Shown here: positions 1 through 8,281 of the stretch, in pieces
How the letters are laid out: each line of letters begins with the position of its first letter
Numbering within the stretch: position 1 is the first letter of the stretch
Source of the DNA: an uncultured virus (IMG/VR IMGVR_UViG_3300037471_001331)
Lineage: Duplodnaviria > Heunggongvirae > Uroviricota > Caudoviricetes
IMG/VR virus record: IMGVR_UViG_3300037471_001331
Reading direction: 5' to 3' (one strand)
Length of the DNA stretch: 64,000 nt
Translations under genes and position numbers: made by a program
Notes under the pieces: generated by a model
The model's database searches: none
What the model was told of the DNA's origin: nothing
Seen by the model: the letters and a program-made list of their open reading frames with translations, nothing else

Positions 1-617
1 ACCATGTGCGTCAGCAGCGCGTAGCTCGCGATGTTGAACGGCACGCCGAGGAAGAAGTCGGCCGACCGCTGGTAGAGCTGGCAGCTGAGCTTGTTGCTCG
101 GGGAGACCTTGAACTGGAACAGGCAGTGGCAGGGCGGCAGCTTCATGCTGTCGACCTCGGCCGGGTTCCAGGCGGTGACGATGTGGCGGCGACCGAAGGG
201 GTTCTTGACCAGGCCCTCGATCAGGCAGGAGATCTGGTCGATTTCATTGATCTTCAGACCCACCCTCGTCGGGCCGACAACGGCGTAATCGGGTTGGCCG
301 GGCCACGCCCGCCACTGCTTGCCGTAGACTGGCCCGAGATCGCCGTTCTCGTCAGCCCACTCGTCCCAGATATGAACGCCGCGCGCTTGCAGGGTGCGGA
401 CGTTGGTCTCGCCGCGTAGGAACCAAAGCAGCTCTTCGACGATCCCCTTCCAGAAGACACGCTTCGTCGTGAGCAGAGGGAAGCCCTCGCTCAGGTCGAA
501 GCGCATCTGGGTGCCGAAAAGCGCCTTGGTTCCTACGCCCGTCCGATCCTCGCAGACCTCGCCATAGTCGAGGATCTCGCGGAGCAGACGGTTGTACGTC
601 AGGTCGTGAAGGCTCAT
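1..617 (-). CDS. thyA: Thymidylate synthase, 3' end outside the window
   Basis: Manual translation from ATG at 617: [57 protein letters not shown]. Not in the ORF track because the stop lies outside the window. Confidence 0.97.
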   Translation of the reverse strand, partial: MSLHDLTYNRLLREILDYGEVCEDRTGVGTKALFGTQMRFDLSEGFPLLTTKRVFWKGIVEELLWFLRGETNVRTLQARGVHIWDEWADENGDLGPVYGKQWRAWPGQPDYAVVGPTRVGLKINEIDQISCLIEGLVKNPFGRRHIVTAWNPAEVDSMKLPPCHCLFQFKVSPSNKLSCQLYQRSADFFLGVPFNIASYALLTHM

Positions 618-787
618 TTGAACCTCCGGCGCGAATTCGCCACCGGGGTGAAGCCAGGTTGGCGCAGCCTGCGTTCGACCTTCTTCAGAAGCATCTTGGT
701 GGCGTGGCCCTCCCGAGCATCCTTCTTTGTCGACGGACGCTTGCAGCGAGGCGGCGGAACCTGGTTCGTGTACGACGCGCCGCTCAA
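614..787 (-). CDS. Small basic hypothetical protein
   Basis: TTG start overlaps the upstream TGA (TTGA); stop overlaps the thyA ATG (ATGA coupling). Confidence 0.5.
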   Translation of the reverse strand: MSGASYTNQVPPPRCKRPSTKKDAREGHATKMLLKKVERRLRQPGFTPVANSRRRFK

Positions 788-1170
788 AGGGCCGGCTCCG
801 GCTTGAAGTAATCCGGCTGCGGCGGAACCTTTCGCTTCAGCGGGATCGAGCACAGGAATTTGGTCGTGCCGTCGCGATGGGTCGCCATCGTGTGCGTGCC
901 GGCGCAATACCGGTCGCGCGCGAGGGCGACGCCCGGGTCGTCGTTGTCCCAGCGCTCGGAGCAGCGGGCCGACGCGACGAAGTAGGGGCGAAGGTCTGGA
1001 CGGCCTTCACCGCCCCAGCGCTCGACGTTGGCGACGGCGGCGTCGGGGTTCTGGTCGATTACATTCCAGACGTCCTGGACGTTGAAGCCCAGGTTGTTGG
1101 CAACTTTGAAGGGTGAGCGGACACGCCTGTACTCGGCAATGACTTCCGCTTCCTGATCCGGGGTAAGCAA
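784..1170 (-). CDS. Hypothetical protein, possible N-terminal HTH
   Basis: 128 aa ORF, AAGGAG SD upstream of [26 protein letters not shown]-like segment. Confidence 0.7.
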   Translation of the reverse strand: MLTPDQEAEVIAEYRRVRSPFKVANNLGFNVQDVWNVIDQNPDAAVANVERWGGEGRPDLRPYFVASARCSERWDNDDPGVALARDRYCAGTHTMATHRDGTTKFLCSIPLKRKVPPQPDYFKPEPAL

Positions 1171-1236
1171 AACGGGGTCTCCTTTCGAAGACCCCGTGTG
1201 GAAGGCTTTGCTTGTGGGTTGCTACCGATCGGGAAT

Positions 1237-1253
1237 CAGTGACTTAGTCACTT
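1237..1253. promoter_or_regulatory. 17-bp palindromic operator-like site, copy 1 (CAGTGACTTAGTCACTT)
   Basis: Matches consensus AAGTGAC-N3-GTCACTT found 14 times in the window. Confidence 0.8.
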
Positions 1254-1260
1254 CATAAGA

Positions 1261-1320
1261 TGTTGGAGCCCGGGGGCGGTGACACCTCTGCTTGGTGGAT
1301 GGAAACCCCGGGCTCCAACA
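1261..1320. repeat. 15-bp perfect inverted repeat with 30-nt loop after sbcC-like gene
   Basis: TGTTGGAGCCCGGGG (1261-1275) / CCCCGGGCTCCAACA (1306-1320). Confidence 0.75.
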
Positions 1321-1342
1321 GGCCGCTTACCGAGCAGCCAGC

Positions 1343-3247
1343 TCAAAGAGCAACCTGATGATCGACGCCCTCGAGGCGCTTGTGGCTGATAATTACGACC
1401 TGCCTCAATTGTTCCCTGCAGGCCATGAGAGCATCGGCGATCGCCTGGGCGTTCGCCTCGTCGGCGTCGCTGTCGAGCTCGTCGCCGATGAACACCGGGA
1501 ACACGCGGGCGACCAGCACCTGGCCGAGGGCGAGGCGCAGGGCGAGGTTGATCATCGTCGCGTGCGCGCCGTTGAACGTCGAGACGTCCTGCCCGTCGGC
1601 GGTGATGTTCATGTCCTCGTCGACGATGATCGTCTCGAGCGGGCGCTCGGCGTTGGTGGTCATCTCACCGATTATCTTGGACGCAACCCGAGAGAGCGAC
1701 GGAGCGAGGAACGCTTTAAGCGTGCGACGAGCCTCCACCAATCCCTTGGCGCCTGCCGTGAACGCATCGGCCCGCTCCTGCTTCTCCGCGATCTCGGCGG
1801 AGAGTTCGTCGAAGCGCTGCTTGTCGGCTTCGTATCGGGCGAGCTCTCGCTCGTAGACGACGGCCGCGGTGTAAGCAGCGTTGAGATCTTCCGGAGAATG
1901 CTTCGGCGCAGGTAGATGGTCGAGCTCATATTGGGCGTTGCCGGCTTCTGCCGCACAGGCCGCGTAGTGGTCAAGCTGACGGCTGTAGACTTCCCACGCC
2001 GTGTGCAGCTGACGCGCCTCGGCCAGCTCGTCAGACTTGTCCTCGAGCTCCGGAAGGCCCTCGAGTTCTTGCCGCATCAGTTGCTTCTCATCAGCGCGGT
2101 CAAGCGCCTTGACGGCTTGAGCGAGCTCGACCGGCGGAATGCGAGTGCCCTTCGGTTTGACCAGCTCGTCGGCCCAGGCGCGGACCCGTTGCAGCTCGTC
2201 CTGCAAGCGCCGCTCGTCGAGGCGAGGCGGCGTCGAGGAATGACCAGGCTGGAACTCGTGCTGACAGTTGGGGCAGTGGACCTCGATGTCACCGATCTCC
2301 TCGAGGGCGTGGTGCTTCGCCCACATGCCCAGCGTGGTGACAATCACTTCTTCAGAAAGACCGAGGCTCGGCTGCGGGCCACGACGCTCTACCTCGGCGT
2401 CATAATCGGCAAGAGCCTGGGCCTGCTCGAGCTGCTTGCGCGTGTAGAGCGGGTCGGGGATCGACGCGATATTCCGCTCGAGCGCTGCGCGGGTTGCGGA
2501 AATCCGCACCCGTTCGACCTCGTGAGCCGCAAGCGCTTCGATGTCGGGGCAGGGCTTCGGTGGCTTCACCGGCTCCGGCGGCACCGCACCGATAATGCGC
2601 TGCAGCTCGGCGCGCGTCGCCACCGCGTTGTTCGCTTCGTCAAGCTCTGCCTTTATGTCGGCTGACGGCCGGTAAAGGTCGGGCTTGACGGGCTCCGTCG
2701 GTGGCACGAGCGCACGGCTCAGCGTCTCGGCCTCGAGACGGGCGTTCTTCGCCTCCTCGCGGCACGCCTTCTCGACGGCCTCCTGGCGGGTCAGGCCCAC
2801 GACGTCGTCGATGAGCTCCTTGCGCTTGGCCGGCGTCAGGCGGGTGAGCCGCTCGCTCTCTTTCTGGTTCGCCGCGCAGACGACGTCGAACACCTCGAGC
2901 TCGAAGCCCAGCAGCTCGACGATCTTCTTGTTCACGGCGTCGGCGCCGACGGCGAGGACCTCGTCGCCGTCCCAGCAGACGAGCTCTTCTTTCTTGCCGC
3001 GCTTCACGGTGTAGCTGACGTCACCGATCGCGAAGCCCAAGGCCATGTCCAGGCTCTTGTAGTCCGACGCCGGCCCACGCCGCGCCTTGGCCCCGAACAG
3101 GCCGTAGCGGATCATCTCGGCAACGAAGCTCTTCCCCGTGCCGTTGCGGCCGGAGATCGCGGTTGCACCCGGTTGAAAGCTTAGCTGGCCGCTCAGCGCG
3201 ACCCCATTGGTAGGGAACGTGACGGCGTAACGAAGGTCGTTGATCAT
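1343..3247 (-). CDS. SbcC/Rad50/gp46-like SMC ATPase (recombination nuclease subunit)
   Basis: Walker A GRNGTGKS, coiled coil with CPNC zinc hook, variant signature FNGAH, Walker B IGDELD, H-loop ISH; start MINDLRY with AGGAGA SD. Confidence 0.9.
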   Translation of the reverse strand: MINDLRYAVTFPTNGVALSGQLSFQPGATAISGRNGTGKSFVAEMIRYGLFGAKARRGPASDYKSLDMALGFAIGDVSYTVKRGKKEELVCWDGDEVLAVGADAVNKKIVELLGFELEVFDVVCAANQKESERLTRLTPAKRKELIDDVVGLTRQEAVEKACREEAKNARLEAETLSRALVPPTEPVKPDLYRPSADIKAELDEANNAVATRAELQRIIGAVPPEPVKPPKPCPDIEALAAHEVERVRISATRAALERNIASIPDPLYTRKQLEQAQALADYDAEVERRGPQPSLGLSEEVIVTTLGMWAKHHALEEIGDIEVHCPNCQHEFQPGHSSTPPRLDERRLQDELQRVRAWADELVKPKGTRIPPVELAQAVKALDRADEKQLMRQELEGLPELEDKSDELAEARQLHTAWEVYSRQLDHYAACAAEAGNAQYELDHLPAPKHSPEDLNAAYTAAVVYERELARYEADKQRFDELSAEIAEKQERADAFTAGAKGLVEARRTLKAFLAPSLSRVASKIIGEMTTNAERPLETIIVDEDMNITADGQDVSTFNGAHATMINLALRLALGQVLVARVFPVFIGDELDSDADEANAQAIADALMACREQLRQVVIISHKRLEGVDHQVAL

Positions 3248-3294
3248 ACGGTCTCCTGATTGCGCCTGAGCCATCACCGCAACCTCAATGCGGC

Positions 3295-3311
3295 AACTGA
3301 CCAGGTGACTT
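3295..3311. promoter_or_regulatory. Degenerate operator-like site, copy 2 (AACTGACCAGGTGACTT)
   Basis: Two mismatches to consensus; abuts the endolysin GTG between divergent genes. Confidence 0.5.
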
Positions 3312-3818
3312 GTGAAGCGAGGCGAACTTTCAGCAGAGCAGAAGAAGGGGCTGAAGGGACCGGCCCTCGCACTTGCTGCTGCCTGCGCGATCGCCGGAAC
3401 TTGGGAAGGTCTCACGCACGATCCCGTCATCCCCGTGAAGGGCGACAAGCCGACGGTTTGCCGCGGCGAGACCGAGGTGAAGATGCGGCATTACACCACC
3501 GCCGAGTGCGACAAGATGTTCGAGATCCGGATGACGTACTTCCGGGACGGCGTTCGGCGGAGGAATCCGCGCATCGTGAACTACCCGCTGACGTGGGGCG
3601 CTCACGCGAGCTTCGCATATAATACCGGTCTCGGCGCTTACAACGGTTCGAGCGTCGCTCGGCTGTTCCAGCAGGGCGCCTACGTCCAGTCGTGCCGGGC
3701 GATGCTCAAGTACAAATTCTCCGGAGGCCATGTCTACCAGGGCCTCCTCAACCGACGCCAAGGCGACAAGGCCCGGCTCGGTGAAGTCGAACTCTGCCTG
3801 GAAGGATTGAAGAAGTGA
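3312..3818 (+). CDS. Endolysin, GH24 lysozyme, probable SAR type
   Basis: Ala-rich weakly hydrophobic N-terminus followed by WEG...D.PTVCRGET, SFAYNTG, GLLNRR. Confidence 0.9.
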   Translation: MKRGELSAEQKKGLKGPALALAAACAIAGTWEGLTHDPVIPVKGDKPTVCRGETEVKMRHYTTAECDKMFEIRMTYFRDGVRRRNPRIVNYPLTWGAHASFAYNTGLGAYNGSSVARLFQQGAYVQSCRAMLKYKFSGGHVYQGLLNRRQGDKARLGEVELCLEGLKK

Positions 3819-4021
3819 AGCTGCTCGATCGGCTGAAGGCCGACCACGTCTACATCATGAAGACGCTGGCCTACATCAAGGCCCGCCTCGGCGAGAAGTC
3901 GACGCTGGGCGGCATTTGCACGGCGATCGCCGGCGGCGCCGTCGTGCCCGCGCCTTACTCCTACCTCATCATCGCGCTCGGCGTCATCGCCGTCTTCTAT
4001 CCGGAGACTCCCAAGAAATGA
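3815..4021 (+). CDS. Putative holin or pinholin
   Basis: 68 aa, two hydrophobic segments, basic C-terminus, GTGA-coupled to the endolysin. Confidence 0.65.
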   Translation: MKLLDRLKADHVYIMKTLAYIKARLGEKSTLGGICTAIAGGAVVPAPYSYLIIALGVIAVFYPETPKK

Positions 4022-4479
4022 TCGAAGAGACCGCACTCGAGGTGGGGCTGAAGCTGCTCAAGAAGTTCTGGCCCTACCTGGTCATCTCGGCCCTTTGCGT
4101 CGCGCTCGCGATCACCCGCGGCCACCTGCTCGACCTTCGCAAGGCCGACGGCGAGTTCCGGCACCAGATCGCCGTCGAGCTCCACCAGAAGAAGGAGGAC
4201 CGTCCGACGTTGCTGACGGCGCTCCACACGACCGTCGAGACGAACAACAACCGGGGCAACGCCCTGGCTCAGATCAGCCGCGAGGCATTGGAAGCCGGCC
4301 AGCGATCGAAGGCCAACGACGCAGCACTCGAGCGCCAGTTGAACGACCTTCGCGCCAAGTACGCCCTGGCCCAGCACCAGATCACCGCGCTGGAGGCCCG
4401 CAAGTCGACCGGCAACCTCGAGGCTGACTGGCAGCTGCTGGTCGAGGACACCAAAGCCGCATGGAAGGACTGGAAGTGA
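4018..4479 (+). CDS. Putative i-spanin (Rz-like)
   Basis: N-terminal TM segment (WPYLVISALCVALAI) then coiled coil; precedes a lipoprotein gene. Confidence 0.75.
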   Translation: MIEETALEVGLKLLKKFWPYLVISALCVALAITRGHLLDLRKADGEFRHQIAVELHQKKEDRPTLLTALHTTVETNNNRGNALAQISREALEAGQRSKANDAALERQLNDLRAKYALAQHQITALEARKSTGNLEADWQLLVEDTKAAWKDWK

Positions 4480-4781
4480 AGCGTACCCTCGCACTCATGG
4501 CGCTGTGCGCCGTCATGGCCTTGCTGACCGCGTGTGGGCGCGAGCCGCTGGTGGTCGAGAAGCCGGTCATCCAATACGTCGAGAAGCGGGTCGAGTGCCC
4601 GTCGGCCGAGGAGCGCGAGAAGCTTCGCCAGGCCCGGCCGAAGCCGCTGCGCGACACGCCCATGCCCGACAGCGTCGTCGAGCGTAACGGCAAGACCGAG
4701 GCCCAGCTCGGCAAGTACGAAGCCACTGGCGGCTATGCCGACCAGGTTGACGCTGCTCTCGACAGGTGCCAGCAGAAATGA
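4476..4781 (+). CDS. Putative o-spanin lipoprotein (Rz1-like)
   Basis: Signal peptide with lipobox LTAC, Pro-containing body, extra Cys residues. Confidence 0.75.
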   Translation: MKRTLALMALCAVMALLTACGREPLVVEKPVIQYVEKRVECPSAEEREKLRQARPKPLRDTPMPDSVVERNGKTEAQLGKYEATGGYADQVDAALDRCQQK

Positions 4782-5437
4782 GCACGGCGAACGAAGCCAT
4801 GGCTCGCGCCGACGCGGCCCACATCAAGATCGAGAAGCACGAGGATCTGTGCGCCGAGCGTTACGCGCACATCCACACGTCGATCAGCGCAGTGGACAAG
4901 AGCGTAGGCGAGCTCAAGAAGATCGTGGCCTGGGGCGGGTCGACCGTGTTCGGTCTGCTCATCCTGGTGCTGGGTTTTCTCGGCGCCCGCGCGATCAACG
5001 GCAACGACCAGCGGGTCGACCAGCTGCAGAACCAGCTCGACCATGTCCAGCACACGCCGGCGGCGTCTCCGACGCGAGGCTCCGACGAGCTTTCGAGCCT
5101 CGCGGCCGTCAACATGCTCGTCAACGCGATGATCACCTACGAGGACGACGAGGACCACTACGGCTCCGAGGACCTCTGGGTTCAGTATCCCAAGGACAAC
5201 AAGGGCGACTGCGAGGACTACGCCATCACCAAGCTCGGCTATCTCGAGGGCCTGGGCTGGGACGTGATCAACGACACGAAGGTCGTCTTTGTGACGGTGG
5301 GCGGTTACGGCCACGCCATGCTCGCGGTCAGGCTTTCGAACGGGCGAGTAGTCTATCTGGACAACGGCCACGCCGAGCCGATGACGCGCCGCCAGCTGGT
5401 CGAGGCGGGATACCGCTTCAGCGATTGGAAGGCCTGA
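4778..5437 (+). CDS. Membrane-anchored BTLCP/LapG-like transglutaminase-fold cysteine proteinase with holin-like N-terminus
   Basis: HEDLCAERY coiled N-terminus, one TM helix, then D.DHYG.EDLW...GDCEDYAITK...HAMLAV...YLDN (Cys-His-Asp triad). Confidence 0.85.
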   Translation: MSTANEAMARADAAHIKIEKHEDLCAERYAHIHTSISAVDKSVGELKKIVAWGGSTVFGLLILVLGFLGARAINGNDQRVDQLQNQLDHVQHTPAASPTRGSDELSSLAAVNMLVNAMITYEDDEDHYGSEDLWVQYPKDNKGDCEDYAITKLGYLEGLGWDVINDTKVVFVTVGGYGHAMLAVRLSNGRVVYLDNGHAEPMTRRQLVEAGYRFSDWKA

Positions 5438-5440
5438 AAA

Positions 5441-5624
5441 GGTTCGCCAATTTTTTCGGGCTCTATGGGGCCGAAATGGGGTTTGGAGGGCAGGTTCGCC
5501 ATCCTAAGTGCTTGACCCCGCTAGTTTATTCAAGTCCCTCCTCCGCTACCACCTCTGAAAATTATCGTGTCTTTCCAGTTGGTTCGGAGATGCGATTTGG
5601 CGAACCAATCCCCCGGTTCGCCAA
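5441..5624. mobile_element. attP: tRNA 3'-end core (5529-5551) with integrase arm-type repeats
   Basis: TTCAAGTCCCTCCTCCGCTACCA (T-loop, acceptor strand, CCA) next to the integrase stop; GGTTCGCCA at 5441, 5493 and 5615, inverted at 5598-5606. Confidence 0.85.
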
Positions 5625-5629
5625 TTTTG

Positions 5630-6682
5630 CTACTTCGCCTGGAACGAAAGAAGGTCCATTGCGGCCTCGGCTAGCCGCTCTTGGTCCGCCGCGGCAGTGT
5701 ACGTCGCGACCTGCTTGTCGTTCGACCAACCGCCCATTGCCTTGAGCTGCTGGTTCGTCGCGCCGTGGTTAGCCAGGCGAGTGGCCGCGGCCTTTCGAAG
5801 GCCGTGAGCTGTGCAGTGCGGGAGGCCCGCGGCGTCGCACCACTTCCGGAACTTGTTGCCGAAGCCATGCCGGCTGAACGGCTTGCCGTACTCGGTGAGC
5901 AGGAACGCATCGACGCCCGTCATCTTGAGTGCGCGGATCGCATCGAGCATCGGCTCGGCGGCGGGGATCAGCAGCATCTTGCCGGTCTTCTTCTGCGTGT
6001 AGCGGACCTTGTCGCCCTCGAGGTGCTGCGGCCCGAACAAATAACCGTCGCCTGGCCGCTGGAAGGTCCAGAGCATGATCTCCATCGCGGCACGCGCCGT
6101 AGTGCCGACCGCGTGGGTCGCGCGGAACTGCTCGACCTCGGCCTCAGTCCAGGTGTGGTAGCCCTTCGTCTTGGCCTTGACCCGCTCGGCGAGCTCGGCC
6201 GGGTTGGTCTGGACCCAGCCCAGCTTCATGGCGAGCGTGAAAAGTTTCACCAGCTGGCCGCGGAGCCGCTTGGCGGCATGAGGCCCGCCCGCCTTGCGGC
6301 CGTCGACGACCTTCGGCAGCGCGCGCTCCATCAGGATCGCCTCGATGTGCTGGAAATTGAAGAGCGACACTGGAATGTCGCGATGCTCCTCACGGAACGG
6401 CTCGATCACCGACCGCAGGTTGGCGCGGCGGACCTCGCTCACCTGGAGCCAGGCGGGGGTCTGGTAATAGCGGCGCACGAGATCTTCGACGCTGCGCGGG
6501 ACGATCCGCTGCGGGTCGTTGCTGACGCCGGCCAGGGCGGCGGCGTAGGAATCCTTGTAATCCGGGTGGCTGGGGTGGGGGAGGGCGACGGTGCGGCCCT
6601 TGCGGCGGAAGCGGTAACGCTCTTTCCCGTGGCGATCGACGTAGCGACTGACGTGCTTATCGAGCCTAACTTTTCGTGCCAT
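5630..6682 (-). CDS. int: Tyrosine integrase
   Basis: Arm-binding N-terminus (DRHGKERYRFRR); catalytic R (QRPGD), K, HGLRK, GGW, Y (ATYT). Confidence 0.95.
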   Translation of the reverse strand: MARKVRLDKHVSRYVDRHGKERYRFRRKGRTVALPHPSHPDYKDSYAAALAGVSNDPQRIVPRSVEDLVRRYYQTPAWLQVSEVRRANLRSVIEPFREEHRDIPVSLFNFQHIEAILMERALPKVVDGRKAGGPHAAKRLRGQLVKLFTLAMKLGWVQTNPAELAERVKAKTKGYHTWTEAEVEQFRATHAVGTTARAAMEIMLWTFQRPGDGYLFGPQHLEGDKVRYTQKKTGKMLLIPAAEPMLDAIRALKMTGVDAFLLTEYGKPFSRHGFGNKFRKWCDAAGLPHCTAHGLRKAAATRLANHGATNQQLKAMGGWSNDKQVATYTAAADQERLAEAAMDLLSFQAK

Positions 6683-6860
6683 ATTTGAGATCCAACGGAT
6701 TGATTTTCCCGGATGGAGGCAGAGACTCGGCTTCCCCGAAAATAATGTCAATGGAGCCGTCGGGCGTGATCCGCGCCCGCGCGACGGGCATGCCAGCCTT
6801 CACCGCGCCCTTGAGAGCGCGAGTCAGGTCGGACACCTTGAAGGACGCGGGCGCGGTCAC
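6666..6860 (-). CDS. Putative excisionase or recombination directionality factor
   Basis: 64 aa FKVSDLTRALKGAVKAG...ITPDGSI protein overlapping the int start, a common arrangement in alphaproteobacterial integrative elements. Confidence 0.55.
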   Translation of the reverse strand: MTAPASFKVSDLTRALKGAVKAGMPVARARITPDGSIDIIFGEAESLPPSGKINPLDLKYGTKS

Positions 6861-6863
6861 GGG

Positions 6864-7103
6864 TTAAACGCCGACCGCGGCGCGGTAGGTCTCGAGGATC
6901 GCGTCCTGCTCCTGGCGCGAATGGGTTTCCATCGCGCGAAGCTTGATCACGAGCTTCATGATTTTGGGGTCGAAGCCGTTGGCCTTCGCCTCGGCGTAGA
7001 CGTCCTTGATGTCGTCGGCGATGCCCTTCTTCTCATCCTCGAGGCGTTCGATGCGCTCGATGAAGAGGCGAAGCTGGTCGGCGGCGACGGTTCCGTCTGA
7101 CAT
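6864..7103 (-). CDS. gapR: GapR-like nucleoid-associated protein (DUF2312/UPF0335)
   Basis: [41 protein letters not shown] matches the family signature; AGGAG SD. Confidence 0.93.
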   Translation of the reverse strand: MSDGTVAADQLRLFIERIERLEDEKKGIADDIKDVYAEAKANGFDPKIMKLVIKLRAMETHSRQEQDAILETYRAAVGV

Positions 7104-7170
7104 TGGGTACTCCTGCTGTGGAGCGTCCCGTTTGAAGAAGGAAGTCGCATAGCGGAATCTCGAAGGGGGC

Positions 7171-7187
7171 AAGTGACTTGGTCACTC
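7171..7187. promoter_or_regulatory. Operator-like palindrome, copy 3 (AAGTGACTTGGTCACTC)
   Basis: Consensus match upstream of gapR-xis-int. Confidence 0.8.
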
Positions 7188-7306
7188 ACCCCCTCCGGCG
7201 CGTTCCCACGATTTGCTCGGCATGCTGGCCCGCCCGTCCCGGTGAGCATCGTGGGCTTTGTGTCCCAGCACAGCGCTGGCGCTGGGTGGAGTGCCCGGGG
7301 GCGGTA

Positions 7307-8281
7307 TCAGGAAACGATCAGCCTCTCGTCAATGAAGGCCCGGACGTAATCGGGGACATCCTTAAGATGCTCGTCGAGAATGTTCTGCCAGTCGAAGGCG
7401 CCGAGCTTTTGAGCGACACTGGGTTCGTCGTCCTCGAGGGCAGTAAGACGCTTCCCAGTGATCTGGAGGCAATCGAGATCGACGGGGAGCTCCTCGCCCT
7501 CGCTGAGAAGAACTCGGACGCATTTGTCCTTGAGGGAAGCGGGGTCTTGCTCGCGGAGCTGAGCAAGGCTGAACGTCTTGTAGATTTCGCCATTCGGATC
7601 CTCGGCGTGGGTATAGGGCTCGAGCGAGCCGGTGCAGTCGACGTCGATCCCGTCGATCTTGTAGGTGCCCTCGATGTGCCAGTGACCGGTGACGATCCTG
7701 ATACAGTTCGGGAACCGCTCTTTGATCAGCTTGGCAGGCACCATGTAGCTGGTGTCACCGCCGAAGGCCTCGAGGTCGTGGTGAAGGACGACGTGCTCGA
7801 TCTCGACATTCGGTTTGGGAAACCGCTCGTTGAGCGCGTCGGCGACCGGCTTGCCCCACTCCCAGGGGAAGAAGGCGAGGGTCTCGACCTGGCCGACGTA
7901 GTCGACGAGGAACAGGTTATCGAAGCGGCCGGCCAGGATCTTCTTGAAAAGGTCCCAGGCGCCGATCGTCGCCAGCTGCCGGCTGCGGTCGTGATTGCCG
8001 GCCATGATGAAGAACTGGGTCTTCGGCCGGCGCATCGCGGCGAGCTCGTAGGCCTCGGCCGCGTCAACTATAGTAGACAGGGACACCTGCGGGTGATCGA
8101 AGAGATCGCCCATGCAGATGTTGATGTCGCAGTCGACCGCGAGCTCGTCCTTGAACTTTCTCCATTGGCGAGTTTCGCGCTCGCCGCGGCGGTGGAGAGG
8201 CACTCCGTTCTCGAAGCGCTTCCCGAGATGGGGGTCGCCCATGTGCCAGACGCGCTGGTCACAGGAGAGTTCAATCAGCAT
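7307..8281 (-). CDS. SbcD/Mre11/gp47-like metallophosphoesterase nuclease
   Basis: GDPHLG, GDLFD, GNHD, GHWH motifs. Confidence 0.9.
   Translation of the reverse strand: MLIELSCDQRVWHMGDPHLGKRFENGVPLHRRGERETRQWRKFKDELAVDCDINICMGDLFDHPQVSLSTIVDAAEAYELAAMRRPKTQFFIMAGNHDRSRQLATIGAWDLFKKILAGRFDNLFLVDYVGQVETLAFFPWEWGKPVADALNERFPKPNVEIEHVVLHHDLEAFGGDTSYMVPAKLIKERFPNCIRIVTGHWHIEGTYKIDGIDVDCTGSLEPYTHAEDPNGEIYKTFSLAQLREQDPASLKDKCVRVLLSEGEELPVDLDCLQITGKRLTALEDDEPSVAQKLGAFDWQNILDEHLKDVPDYVRAFIDERLIVS

Noticed and set aside
5529..5551. tRNA gene
   Set aside because: Only the T-loop and acceptor 3' strand are present; no D arm, anticodon arm or 5' acceptor strand, so it is an att core.
4534..5745. 403-aa Arg-rich plus-strand ORF crossing attP
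   Set aside because: Off-frame overlap of the spanin and BTLCP genes, low-complexity composition typical of GC-rich frame artefacts.
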